From: Verrucomicrobiia bacterium
GTDB lineage: Bacteria; Verrucomicrobiota; Verrucomicrobiia; Limisphaerales; UBA1319
NCBI GenBank assembly: GCA_963664225.1
Contig: OY760937.1
Location: 2,080,001-2,144,000, forward strand
Length of the DNA stretch: 64,000 nt
Direction: 5' to 3'
Shown here: in pieces, positions 1-9,738 of the stretch
How positions within the stretch are numbered: position 1 is the stretch's first letter
Layout of the letters: each line of letters starts with the position of its first letter
Notes under the pieces: generated by a model
What the model was told of the DNA's origin: nothing
Database searches by the model: none
What the model saw: the letters and a program-made list of their open reading frames with translations, nothing else
Program-made: the position numbers and the translations under genes

Positions 1-412
1 AGTGAATCAGGTCCGAGCCCAGCTCGGCCTGGAGCGTGCGAAAGATTTCGGCGGATTCCTCGTTTGAGATGTGGCCGGCCGAGTGGTTTTTGATGCGGCC
101 CTGGTCGTCGATGCAAATGAGGTTGCAGCGCATGCCCATCTCGTCGGGACCGATATCGACTCCCATGCTGGCGGCTTCAAGAACACCGCGGCCCTCGAAC
201 ACTTTGCAGGGATCGTAGCCCATGACCGCGAGGTTGGCGGTTTCGCTGCCCGTGGGCATGCCATCGGCAATGGTTTTGAGCAAGCCGCAGACCCCTTCCC
301 GGGCGATCCGGTCGATATTCGGTTTGCGGGCGGCCTGCAAGGGAGTTTTACCGCCGAGTCGCGCCACGGGATAATCCGACATGCCATCGCCAAGTATGAC
401 CACGTATTTCAT
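1..412 (-). CDS. apgM: Cofactor-independent phosphoglycerate mutase-like protein (ApgM family, 'proposed homoserine kinase' type); runs off the window start
   Basis: Not in the ORF track. Manual translation from ATG at 412 gives MKYVVILGDGMSDYPVARLGGKTPLQAARKPNIDRIAREGVCG...GSETANLAVMGYDP...GRGVLEAASMG, which carries ApgM motifs. Lies directly downstream of thrC. Confidence 0.85.
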   Translation of the reverse strand, partial: MKYVVILGDGMSDYPVARLGGKTPLQAARKPNIDRIAREGVCGLLKTIADGMPTGSETANLAVMGYDPCKVFEGRGVLEAASMGVDIGPDEMGMRCNLICIDDQGRIKNHSAGHISNEESAEIFRTLQAELGSDLIH

Positions 413-505
413 AATTTATTGCTGCCCGAGCCGTTGGGCAGGAGCCATTTAATGGTTGCCAATATTCCCCATCAGGGCCGGGAAAGCAACCGGCGAGTGA
501 ATGTC

Positions 506-1861
506 TCAGGTGTAATGCTGCCGCAGATAGCTCTGGAAGGGGGCATATTCGGCGGGCATGGAGTCGAAACTCTCTTTCAGCCCCTCAAGCCGGGACAGGG
601 AATCCGGCACGGCGGGCGTGAACCCGAGAATGCGCTCGATCTCGTCCGGGAACTTGGCCGGATGCGCCGTTTCGAGAACGACTGCCGGAGTGTCCTTGAG
701 CGGCTCCCGGGCCTCGAAGTCGAGAAAACCGCGCCAGCCGACCGCGCCATGGGGCTCGAGCAGGAGATGATGACGATCCCAGGCCTGACGAATCGTTTCA
801 CGAGTCTGTTCGTCGGAAACGGAGGTGGAAAAAAGGTCGCGGCGCATCGCGGGCCAGTTCGGCGGGCGATGCACGATGCCGGCGTGATCCATGTGACCAC
901 CGTAAACCGCCACCAACCGCGCCAGGTTGCTGGGATGGCCCACGTTCATGGCGTTGGAGAGGCAGTTGCGGGACGGTTCGATCTGGTGGTAATCGCCAGT
1001 GGCCAGGAAACGCGGAAATTCGTCGTTGCCATTGACGGGCACCACGAGGCGTTTGATGGGCAGGCCCATTTGACGGGCGAACACCGCGCCCATCATGTCT
1101 CCGAAATTGCCGGACGGCACTGCGAACACAATCGGTTCGCCCGGGCGCGCGAGACGGGAGGCGGCGTAAAAGTAATAAACACTCTGGGGCAGCAACCGGC
1201 CGATGTTGATCGAATTCGCGGAGGAAAGAGGCAACGCTGCAAGCGCGGGATCGGCGAAGGCCTTTTTGACCATGGCCTGGCAGTCGTCGAATTTCCCGTC
1301 CACGGCAATGGAACGGATGTTGTCCTGGAGCGTGGTCATCTGCTTGCGCTGCCGCGCACTGACCTCATCTTTTGGAAACAGGACCAGGACGCGGATGCCC
1401 TTCACATTGTGAAATGCGCTCGCCACGGCTGAACCAGTATCGCCACTGGTGGCGGTGAGAATGACCAGTTCCCGGCCGGATTCGCGCAGGAAATGGCCGA
1501 TCAACCGCGCCATCATGCGCGCCGCAAAATCCTTGAACGAGGCCGTGGGTCCATGGTCCAGGCGCATCACGGAAACGCGGTCGCGAACGTGCTCAAGAGG
1601 GACCTCAAAATTATAGGCGTCCCGGCACAAGGCGCCCAGCACGGCGGGATCGATAATCCCATCGGCATAACGGGTCAGAACGGTCAGCGCGATTTCCGCA
1701 TACGGAGCTTTCGCAAACGCGGCCAGTTCGTCCGGCGTGAACGTGGGGAACTGCCTTGGCAGGTAAAGGCCCTTGTCTGGCGCCTGCCCTTTGAGCAGCG
1801 CATCGCGCATATTCACCGCCGGGGATTGCCCGTTGGTGCTTTCAAATAATACCGGTTCCAT
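506..1861 (-). CDS. thrC: Threonine synthase
   Basis: PLP-lysine motif HGPTASFKDFAAR, plus ATSGDTGSA, SANSINIGRLLPQ, VPSGNFG and ETAHPAKF. Confidence 0.95.
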   Translation of the reverse strand: MEPVLFESTNGQSPAVNMRDALLKGQAPDKGLYLPRQFPTFTPDELAAFAKAPYAEIALTVLTRYADGIIDPAVLGALCRDAYNFEVPLEHVRDRVSVMRLDHGPTASFKDFAARMMARLIGHFLRESGRELVILTATSGDTGSAVASAFHNVKGIRVLVLFPKDEVSARQRKQMTTLQDNIRSIAVDGKFDDCQAMVKKAFADPALAALPLSSANSINIGRLLPQSVYYFYAASRLARPGEPIVFAVPSGNFGDMMGAVFARQMGLPIKRLVVPVNGNDEFPRFLATGDYHQIEPSRNCLSNAMNVGHPSNLARLVAVYGGHMDHAGIVHRPPNWPAMRRDLFSTSVSDEQTRETIRQAWDRHHLLLEPHGAVGWRGFLDFEAREPLKDTPAVVLETAHPAKFPDEIERILGFTPAVPDSLSRLEGLKESFDSMPAEYAPFQSYLRQHYT

Positions 1862-2139
1862 GAGTCGTCAAGCTGCGGACTGATTCCACATCTCTTTAGT
1901 GAAACGTCCGTCCACAGTGCCCGGTCATCCTAAAGAGGCCGACGGCGCGCGCAAGCAAATCGTCGGGGAGGCGGAATGCCGAATATCGGTGAATGGAATC
2001 CTCGGATTGCAGTCGCTATTCAGTCTCTGGGTGCAATGAAAATCGATTTCCAGAAAATATTCTCGACGAGGAATCGGCCTGTGGTGTATATTTAACCACA
2101 CAACAAAACGATAAACGAGCCAAAAGAAAACGAGACACT

Positions 2140-2514
2140 ATGAATTTCGGCGAACTTATCAAAGAGCTGCGGATTGCGAAGCAGCTTACGCTTCGCCAAT
2201 GCTGCGCAGATTTGGGCGTTGACCCGAGCAACTGGAGCAAAATGGAGCGGGGCGTGACACCGCCAACGAAAGATACCAACCTTTTGGAGCGTTGGGCTGC
2301 GTTCTTCAGAGTCACTGGCGAGAAGAAACAGGAGTTTCTCGATCTGGCCTCACTGGCCCGGCAGGAAATTCCGGCGGACATGGCCAGTGACGAGAAGGTC
2401 ATTGCGGCGTTGCCGGCTTTTTTCCGCGCAGTGCGGGGGCAGGAACTGGAAGGCGAAAGACTCAAGCGTTTCATTGAGGACCTTCGTGCGGTACACAGTC
2501 CTGATAAGCATTGA
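2140..2514 (+). CDS. XRE-family helix-turn-helix transcriptional regulator
   Basis: MNFGELIKELRIAKQLTLRQCCADLGVDPSNWSKMERG is an HTH_3-type motif; ATG at 2140 preferred over the 1993 start. Confidence 0.9.
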   Translation: MNFGELIKELRIAKQLTLRQCCADLGVDPSNWSKMERGVTPPTKDTNLLERWAAFFRVTGEKKQEFLDLASLARQEIPADMASDEKVIAALPAFFRAVRGQELEGERLKRFIEDLRAVHSPDKH

Positions 2515-2518
2515 TTTC

Positions 2519-3127
2519 ATGAATGGCAAGAGGGACGTTTGGTCAGCCGTCGAGGAATTTCGAGCGCAGTATTCCATGGAACTGGGCACACTGCCGGTGG
2601 ACGTGCTCACCGTAATCGAATTGCGGCTCAAATTGGACGTCATTCCCTTTCCAGACCTTTTTCAAAAATATTCCGTGGATGCCGCGGTACTTCCCGACTT
2701 TTCAGGCATTTACGTGGACGAGAGATCCTACAGATTTCTGGAGGGCAAACCCATCTGGCTTTTCAACCGGTTGAGGTTCTCGCTGGCGCACGAACTGGGT
2801 CATATCATGCTGCACCGCGATCTGGTGAAGGACTTGAAGTTTACCAGCCTGCAAGTTTTCAGGGATTGGACGCAACGATGCCAGCAGAGTCGCTTCAGCC
2901 TGGAGTGGGAGGCCAATGAATTCGGTGGACGGTTGCTGGTGCCGATCGACCGGCTAAAGAAGGATTTTGATACCTTTGTGACCCGGATTCAGGACCAGTT
3001 TCCAGCATGGTGGACTAATTCGGACCTTCGCAGAGCCCTTGCTGACCAACTTGGAGAAGACTACGGAGTCCACAAGGATGTGGTCTCATGCCGACTGGAC
3101 CGGGAAGAACTGTGGCCATCGCCATAA
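2519..3127 (+). CDS. ImmA/IrrE-family (COG2856) metalloendopeptidase
   Basis: RLRFSLAHELGHIMLH (HExxH) and EWEANEFGGRLLVP; starts 4 nt after the XRE stop. Confidence 0.9.
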   Translation: MNGKRDVWSAVEEFRAQYSMELGTLPVDVLTVIELRLKLDVIPFPDLFQKYSVDAAVLPDFSGIYVDERSYRFLEGKPIWLFNRLRFSLAHELGHIMLHRDLVKDLKFTSLQVFRDWTQRCQQSRFSLEWEANEFGGRLLVPIDRLKKDFDTFVTRIQDQFPAWWTNSDLRRALADQLGEDYGVHKDVVSCRLDREELWPSP

Positions 3128-3194
3128 TCTTTTGATTTCGGTTTTTGCCAGCGCGCTGGCGTGTTCGAAATACTGAGTTACCGACACACCCTTT

Positions 3195-6100
3195 TTACAT
3201 GGCTTCGTCGTTGGAGCGCAGGGCTTCGAGGACGTTTTGACGCAGGGCAAAGTGCGTTGCAACACCCGTCCAAAGCAGGCCGTTGGCGAACACAGCGGCC
3301 AGTGTCCATGCGAGCGAGTGCCAGGGCATTTCAGAACCGGATGTGAGCAGGGCGGGCAGCACGGCGGCGAGCGCGGCAACCACGCCCAGGAGCAATCCCG
3401 CAGTGAGCAGCACGACATGCTCAGTCAGAAGCATTCGGCGAATGGTTGCAGGCGAATATCCCACGGCGACCAGCAGGGCCAGCTCGCCCCGTCTTTCGAA
3501 GACATTGCGCAGCAGCACCACGCCCATCCCCACGCTGCCCAGGAGCAGTCCCAGGCCGCCGAGGACCTGGAAGGTGGAGAGATAGGTGTTTTGAACCGCA
3601 TTCAGCGCCTCCAGACGGTTTACGGTGGAGACGAGTTCCATTCCATAATCACGCAGGCCGCGCGTCAATTCGGTGGCAACCGACTTGGGATTTTGCGGCG
3701 CGTCGATCAGGAACGCCCGGTAGCCGCTGTCGTCCGGGAAATTACGGATGAAGGCTTCCTCGGATATCAGCACGCTGCCCTGGAGAATCGAGCCGGATAG
3801 GGCGGCGACAAATCGCAGGCGCAGTGTCTGGCCGCGCGGGCCGGGAATTTCCAGTGTGTCTCCAACGCTTTTGCCCATGGCCCAGAGAATCGACGCCTGA
3901 TCGGCAATCGCGGGCACCGCGCCGTCGGCCAGAGGTTCGCGCAGGAGCAGCCAGGGGTCGGGCGCGGACAGGCCTTTCGCCACTTCCGCAAAAACAAAAC
4001 GATTCGTGAGGGCGTCGGCTCGAACACCCAGCAAACGTGGCGCTTGGGCGCGATTCAGATTCAGGCAACTGGCGTCATCACCGTCCCGGACGCGCATGGG
4101 AATGGTGTGAACCCCTTCCAGGGCGGCGGCATCCAGCGCGAGAAAGGCGCGACCTTCGGGACGGTCGAGGTTCTGAAAAATGGGCAGTGCGGATTCGGCC
4201 ATGAACGCAAAACCACCCGTGCCGGACCGGGGGAGATTCGACTGTTGCCGGGCATCCAGACGATTTGCAGCCACGGCGATAATGAGGAAGCTGCCGCAAG
4301 CCAGGAGCATCACCGCGCCCAGGCTGCGCTTGGGACGTCGTGCCAGGCTGCGCAGGGCCAGTCCCGTCAACGTCAGACTCGCGGTGTTGCGTTGCTGAGC
4401 GCCGCGCCAGAGCCATCGCGCGCAGGCGCTGAATCCAGCCAGTAACAACAGCGCACCTGCGGTGAAAAAAGCGCCCGGCGCGGGAGAGTGCTGGCTTAAT
4501 CCGTAGAACATGGCTCCCAGGCCACCCGCCGCGGCGATGCCGAGCAGAGGCAATGAAGCCATGATTCGAGGCCGATGGGATAAAGTAATTTCAAGGGTGC
4601 CACCGGCAGCCATCAATTCTTGCGCCGGACGACGGACCTGCTTTCGCAAGGAAAGCATCATGACCACAACAGCCGTAAGAACACTGACGACAAAGCCGAT
4701 CATTAACGTGGCCAGACTGGCGTGATAAGCCAGGGATTGCGAGTTCACGGCGTCCTGCCACAGTGTGGCCAGTCCGTGCAAGAGGGCGCGGGCGTAGAGG
4801 GAACCACACATCACGCCGATCAGGCCGCCCGCCAGCGCCACGCAAATGCCTTCACAGAGCAGTAACGCACGGACCAGGCTCGGAGTAAAACCCAACGCCA
4901 GCAGTGTTCCCAGTTCCGCGCCGCGCTGTTCCATTCCGAATTGGAACAACATGGCCATGAGCAACAGGGCGGCAAAGATCAGGAAGAAACTGAATCCCAA
5001 AAACAACTGGCCGAAATCCTGGCCTTGCGCGCTCGCCTGCAGAGCCTGGGCACGGACCGGTTGGAAGGCCAGACCCACCGCGGCCGGATCGAGACGATCC
5101 CGCAAACGCGATTCCACCGAGGCCACATTGGCGGGAGGCGCGGAATAACGAATGGCGGTCAGACTTCCAAACCGGTTGGTCCAGAGAGTTTGACCCGCCG
5201 CCAGGCTGATGAAGGCCTTGGGCGTACCCCGGTGATCCTCCCAATATTTCTGGTCCTTGGGCCGGATGCGATTCAGGTCGATGGGAAATCCAGCATCCCA
5301 ATCCCGGCAGTTGTCCGCCTGGGCCAGTCCGGGAAAATCTGGCATCAGCGTGCGATCGGCGGCGGGGCCTTCGAGGGGTGTGATGGCGCGAACGCGAAAC
5401 AAAGCCTGATTTTCCACCAGGGTTCTCGAAGCGCCAACGACAAAATACGTCATGCCCACCTTATCCCCGACATGCGCGGCCAGATCCTCCGCCAGCCAGG
5501 AGTTGAGAATGATTTCGTCCTGCTGCAAGTCCGATGGGAGAAACGGGGCGTCATAGGCACACACCATCGAGTAGGGAGTGCGGTTAGTGCCGCACTGCAA
5601 ATCATTGACGAAATAGGTGAGCACCCCTTTCGCGCCCGATTTGTCGGCATCGGCCAGGCCGGCGCGCGCCACGGCCTCATCCAGAAAGACCCGTGGGGAA
5701 CGCAGCTCGACCTGACCGTTTGTGGGAATGGCCCGCACCTCGAGTTGCGCATCGGCGAGCGTCCAACGCTTGCCCAACTCGGCATTGACCGCGGCGACAT
5801 CGTTGGAAAGGCGCGATGGTTCGCGGGTCAACAGGAGGTTGGCGCGATTCGTCAAAGCGAGCCGTGTTTGCAGGCGTTGCAAGGGAATGAACGCGTTCAA
5901 GGGCGCGACCTGGCTGGCCTGGAGACTGAAATTGCCAAGCTGGCTGGGATTGAGAATGCCGCGCACCGTCATGCGCAGGGCCATTGCGGCATCCTCCTGC
6001 GGGGAGATCGGCGCGTCGCGGGGCAGCAGGCTGGGCTTGGGAACGCGGACCAAAACGGTATCGCCCACGTGAATATTTAATTGTGCGGCCAACCGGTCGT

Positions 6101-6506
6101 TGAGCATCACGCCGTTGGTCTGGATGTCGGCGGCTGGCGGAGCAGCGGATGCCAGTTCCCAAAAGCGGGCGTCCACACCGAGCACGTTGACATGATTGGC
6201 GCGCGCGCTGCCATCAGCCCGGGTGGCGACGCCGTTAAACAACAGCGCGGGGGCATTGGACGCGCCCAGACCGTCCCGCAGGTCATCGGCCAGATTCTGG
6301 CGAAAGTAACGATCCTGAGAGGCCAGGGCGTAATGCGTTGCGCCCAGTCGCGCCAGCGCCAGGGCGCGCAGACTCTCGCGCACGGAGTCTCCCATGATGA
6401 GCGCGCCGCAGAGAATGGCGGCGGCCACGCTGCTGCCAGCCAGAACGCCGGCATGCGAACGCGCGTAGTAACGCAATCCGCGAACGATTAAATGCCAGGG
6501 AGTCAT
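3195..6506 (-). CDS. Large FtsX/MacB-like ABC transporter permease
   Basis: Two FtsX-type TM blocks (EQRGAELGTLLALGF; ERRGELALLVAVGY) with large periplasmic loops; start MTPWHLIV chosen to avoid overlap with the ATPase gene. Confidence 0.88.
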   Translation of the reverse strand: MTPWHLIVRGLRYYARSHAGVLAGSSVAAAILCGALIMGDSVRESLRALALARLGATHYALASQDRYFRQNLADDLRDGLGASNAPALLFNGVATRADGSARANHVNVLGVDARFWELASAAPPAADIQTNGVMLNDRLAAQLNIHVGDTVLVRVPKPSLLPRDAPISPQEDAAMALRMTVRGILNPSQLGNFSLQASQVAPLNAFIPLQRLQTRLALTNRANLLLTREPSRLSNDVAAVNAELGKRWTLADAQLEVRAIPTNGQVELRSPRVFLDEAVARAGLADADKSGAKGVLTYFVNDLQCGTNRTPYSMVCAYDAPFLPSDLQQDEIILNSWLAEDLAAHVGDKVGMTYFVVGASRTLVENQALFRVRAITPLEGPAADRTLMPDFPGLAQADNCRDWDAGFPIDLNRIRPKDQKYWEDHRGTPKAFISLAAGQTLWTNRFGSLTAIRYSAPPANVASVESRLRDRLDPAAVGLAFQPVRAQALQASAQGQDFGQLFLGFSFFLIFAALLLMAMLFQFGMEQRGAELGTLLALGFTPSLVRALLLCEGICVALAGGLIGVMCGSLYARALLHGLATLWQDAVNSQSLAYHASLATLMIGFVVSVLTAVVVMMLSLRKQVRRPAQELMAAGGTLEITLSHRPRIMASLPLLGIAAAGGLGAMFYGLSQHSPAPGAFFTAGALLLLAGFSACARWLWRGAQQRNTASLTLTGLALRSLARRPKRSLGAVMLLACGSFLIIAVAANRLDARQQSNLPRSGTGGFAFMAESALPIFQNLDRPEGRAFLALDAAALEGVHTIPMRVRDGDDASCLNLNRAQAPRLLGVRADALTNRFVFAEVAKGLSAPDPWLLLREPLADGAVPAIADQASILWAMGKSVGDTLEIPGPRGQTLRLRFVAALSGSILQGSVLISEEAFIRNFPDDSGYRAFLIDAPQNPKSVATELTRGLRDYGMELVSTVNRLEALNAVQNTYLSTFQVLGGLGLLLGSVGMGVVLLRNVFERRGELALLVAVGYSPATIRRMLLTEHVVLLTAGLLLGVVAALAAVLPALLTSGSEMPWHSLAWTLAAVFANGLLWTGVATHFALRQNVLEALRSNDEAM

Positions 6507-6525
6507 GGTTGCGACACGGATACGA

Positions 6526-7263
6526 TCATGGCGTGATTCCACCGTCCCGCAGTTCAATCACGCGACCCAGCATCGCGGCCAGTTCCAGCGCGTGAGTTAC
6601 GACCACAAGTGTGACGCGCTCCTCGCGGTTGAGGGCGATCAGCAGTTCCATTAAAAGCAGGGCATTGGCATGGTCGAGCGCGCCGGTGGGTTCGTCGGCC
6701 AGGACGAGCTTGGGCTGATTGATGAGGGCTCGCGCCACCGCCACGCGCTGGCGTTCCCCGCCGGACAACTGGCTGGGGAGGTGGTCGAGGCGGTGTTCCA
6801 GTCCCACGCGCTGCAGCAGCCGCCGGGCCCTGGCATCCGCGCCGTCGAGCAAGGCGGGGTCTTTGCAGGCGATCGTGGGCACGAGAACGTTTTCCAGAAC
6901 CGTGCATTGAGGCAGCAGGTAGTGCGCTTGGAAGACAAAGCCGATCATTCGGTTGCGCAAGCCGGCCAGGGCCGTGGCATCGCAATCCGTGATCGACACG
7001 CCACCAAGGAGCACTTCGCCGCTGGTGGGGCGATCGAGGGTGCCCAGGATCTGGAGCAGTGTGCTTTTGCCCGAGCCGGAGGGCCCGGTGACGGCCAGCG
7101 ACTCCCCTGCCCTGATTTCCAGATTGATGTCGCGCAGCACTTCGACCGGTCCGGCGCCGGCATTGAAGCGGCGGGTCACGTGGCGCGCATCGACCATGGG
7201 TCGGGGCGGTGTCGATGCGGCTTGGATCGATGATGTTGTGGTCATGCCGTGAACGATTTTCAA
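6526..7263 (-). CDS. ABC transporter ATP-binding protein (LolD-like)
   Basis: Walker A GPSGSGKST, signature [16 protein letters not shown]; exact start uncertain. Confidence 0.93.
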   Translation of the reverse strand: MKIVHGMTTTSSIQAASTPPRPMVDARHVTRRFNAGAGPVEVLRDINLEIRAGESLAVTGPSGSGKSTLLQILGTLDRPTSGEVLLGGVSITDCDATALAGLRNRMIGFVFQAHYLLPQCTVLENVLVPTIACKDPALLDGADARARRLLQRVGLEHRLDHLPSQLSGGERQRVAVARALINQPKLVLADEPTGALDHANALLLMELLIALNREERVTLVVVTHALELAAMLGRVIELRDGGITP

Positions 7264-7521
7264 TCATTAGAGCGCGGCGGCGCTCCAATGGGCAAGGACA
7301 AATTGGGATGCGGCAAAGACTTCGATCAGACTGGCAAGGATGGGATACCATTAAACTGGGAAACCAGCCCGTTGACTCGCAGTCGCAACTTCCCAAGGTT
7401 TCAGGGATGTGCTAGGGTGACGTATATCAGCCCGGTTTGGAAACTCGCGCACGCCCGGTATTACGCCGTGTCCGGTGTGGTTTTCAAATGTGGTGGTCTT
7501 GAACCTGGACCTAAACACGAC

Positions 7522-8679
7522 ATGCAAAAGACGCAATCATCCGCGGTCGAGACCTCACCGCTGGCAGGTTTGGTGGATCGTCACACCGCGCCCGGCCTTC
7601 TATTCCGCACGGAAGAGGGCAAGGTGCGGTGCCTGGCCTGCGCGCATCGGTGCCTCCTGGCGCCAGGGCGACGGGGGATTTGCAAGGTGCGCTTCAACGA
7701 CAACGGCGCATTGCGCGTGCCTCACGGTTATGTGGCGGCGTTGCAATGCGATCCCGTGGAGAAGAAACCGTTCTTTCATGTCCTGCCCGGAAGCGGCGCA
7801 TTGACCTTTGGAATGCTCGGTTGCGATTTTCACTGTTCCTATTGCCAGAACTGGGTCACGAGTCAGGCCTTGCGCGATCCGGCTGCGGGAACGGCCATTC
7901 GCCCCATATCCGCCTCGCAATTGGTGACGATGGGCCGCGTCCAGGGAGCGCGACTGATGGTTTCCAGCTATAACGAACCATTGATCACCGCCGAATGGGC
8001 CGTATCCGTTTTCAAAGCGGCCCGGCCCCAGGGCTTCCTGTGCGCCTTTGTTTCCAACGGCAACGCCACCCCTGAAGCGCTGGAATTTATTCGTCCCTGG
8101 ACACAGGCCTACAAAATCGATCTCAAGAGCTTTAACGAAAATAATTACCGCGCCTTGGGCGGTTCCCTTCGTGCGGTGACTCAGTCGATCCAACTGGCGC
8201 ATCAAATGGGCTTTTGGGTGGAGGTGGTGACGCTTCTGATTCCCGGTTTCAACGATTCCGAGAATGAGTTGCGCGCATTGACCGAGTTTCTTGCAAGCGT
8301 GAGCCCCAACATTCCCTGGCATGTCACCGCCTTTCATTCCGATTATCACATGGCCACCACGCGCGGGACGAAAGTGGATGAATTGATCCGTGCGGCGATG
8401 ATTGGGCAATCGGCCGGGTTGCGCTTCGTCTATGCCGGCAATCTCCCGGGACGCGTGGGCGCATGGGAAAACACCTTCTGTCCCCACTGCCATGCCTTGG
8501 TGGTGGAACGCACCGGATTTGTGGTTCACAAAAACCATATCACCGCTGAAGGCAAATGCCCTGAATGCCAGGCCGCCATTCCCGGTATCTGGACCCCGGA
8601 AGTGGCGGCTCCAAACCGCACGCAATCCGAAACACCCCTGGCAACCACGCAAAGCCCCCTTCCCCTCCCCACGCCATGA
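7522..8679 (+). CDS. amrS: AmmeMemoRadiSam system radical SAM enzyme
   Basis: CLACAHRC, CKVR, DPVEKKPFFH, CDFHCSYCQNW (CxxxCxxC), SYNEP, YAGN and C-terminal CPHC...CPEC. Confidence 0.92.
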   Translation: MQKTQSSAVETSPLAGLVDRHTAPGLLFRTEEGKVRCLACAHRCLLAPGRRGICKVRFNDNGALRVPHGYVAALQCDPVEKKPFFHVLPGSGALTFGMLGCDFHCSYCQNWVTSQALRDPAAGTAIRPISASQLVTMGRVQGARLMVSSYNEPLITAEWAVSVFKAARPQGFLCAFVSNGNATPEALEFIRPWTQAYKIDLKSFNENNYRALGGSLRAVTQSIQLAHQMGFWVEVVTLLIPGFNDSENELRALTEFLASVSPNIPWHVTAFHSDYHMATTRGTKVDELIRAAMIGQSAGLRFVYAGNLPGRVGAWENTFCPHCHALVVERTGFVVHKNHITAEGKCPECQAAIPGIWTPEVAAPNRTQSETPLATTQSPLPLPTP

Positions 8680-9485
8680 ACACACCTTCCGGTCAGGTTC
8701 GCCTTCCTGCTGTCGCAGGCCGGTTTTACCCGGATGGCGCCATCCCTTTGCGCGCCTCGGTGGAACGGTATTTGGGCGAAGCCCGGCGAACTGCCATTGA
8801 TCCCAAGGCGGTCATCGCGCCTCATGCGGGTTACGTTTACTCGGGTCCGGTTGCAGGATCGGCCTTTGCCCCATGGATGGAAATGCCCGGGGCGGATCAG
8901 GTGCGGCGCATTGTGCTGATGGGCCCCTCCCATCAGTTGGACTTCGATGGAGTGGCGTTGAGTGAGTCCGCAGCCTATCAAACACCACTTGGCCAGGTGC
9001 CCGTGGACGCGGAGGCTTACGCGCAACTGGCAGCGCTTCCCGGCGTGAAGTATCTGGAGGAGGCCCATATCCGGGAACACAGCCTGGAGGTGGAGCTTCC
9101 TTTCTTGCAATGCATATTCCGAAATTTCTCCCTGGTGCCACTGGTCGTGGGGCGCGCCTCCGATAACCAGGTCGCCGACGTGCTGGAAAAGCTCTGGGGC
9201 GGCCCGGAAACGCGTTTCGTCATCAGCTCGGACCTGAGCCACTACCTGGATTATGATGCGGCCAATGCTCTCGACCACGTCACCTCCGCATCCATTGAAA
9301 AATTGGAGCCACGGGAAATCAGGGAACATCAGGCTTGCGGCCGGATTCCGATTCGCGGCCTGCTGGTGGCGGCCCAAAGACTCGGCCTCAAAGCCCATCA
9401 AGTGGACCTGAGGAATTCCGGGGACACCGCCGGTTCCAAAGACCGCGTGGTCGGCTACGGCGCGTTCGTGTTTGGGGACCAATAA
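8676..9485 (+). CDS. amrB: AmmeMemoRadiSam system protein B (MEMO1 family)
   Basis: AVAGRFYP, PHAGYVYSG, EHSLEVELPFLQ, SSDLSHY, NSGD, VVGY; ATGA overlap with amrS. Confidence 0.93.
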   Translation: MNTPSGQVRLPAVAGRFYPDGAIPLRASVERYLGEARRTAIDPKAVIAPHAGYVYSGPVAGSAFAPWMEMPGADQVRRIVLMGPSHQLDFDGVALSESAAYQTPLGQVPVDAEAYAQLAALPGVKYLEEAHIREHSLEVELPFLQCIFRNFSLVPLVVGRASDNQVADVLEKLWGGPETRFVISSDLSHYLDYDAANALDHVTSASIEKLEPREIREHQACGRIPIRGLLVAAQRLGLKAHQVDLRNSGDTAGSKDRVVGYGAFVFGDQ

Positions 9486-9738
9486 GAACTGTGCTGGTGC
9501 GCATCTAAGAAAGGGGCCGGACCATGGGGAATGGGGAATGAGTATGCGATTCGAGGCCCACGCGAGGAAGCGATCCTGACTCTAAATCCAGTTTTCAACC
9601 ATGATAAGAACCGCCATTTCGGCTGCCATTGGCTGCGTTCTATTAATCCTATACGAGCCAATTCATGGTCTCACTATCATCAATGGTTAAATATCAATCC
9701 GTTGAAAAGTTCACCTCACAGTTTTCGTGATTGAAGGA

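Noticed and set aside
7..1432. ORFs 7..393 (-) and 71..1432 (+)
   Set aside because: Wrong-frame or antisense shadows of the ApgM-like gene and thrC; no recognisable motifs.
9486..9738. AT-richer intergenic stretch as an ncRNA or element remnant
   Set aside because: No convincing structure, repeat or ORF was found by eye.
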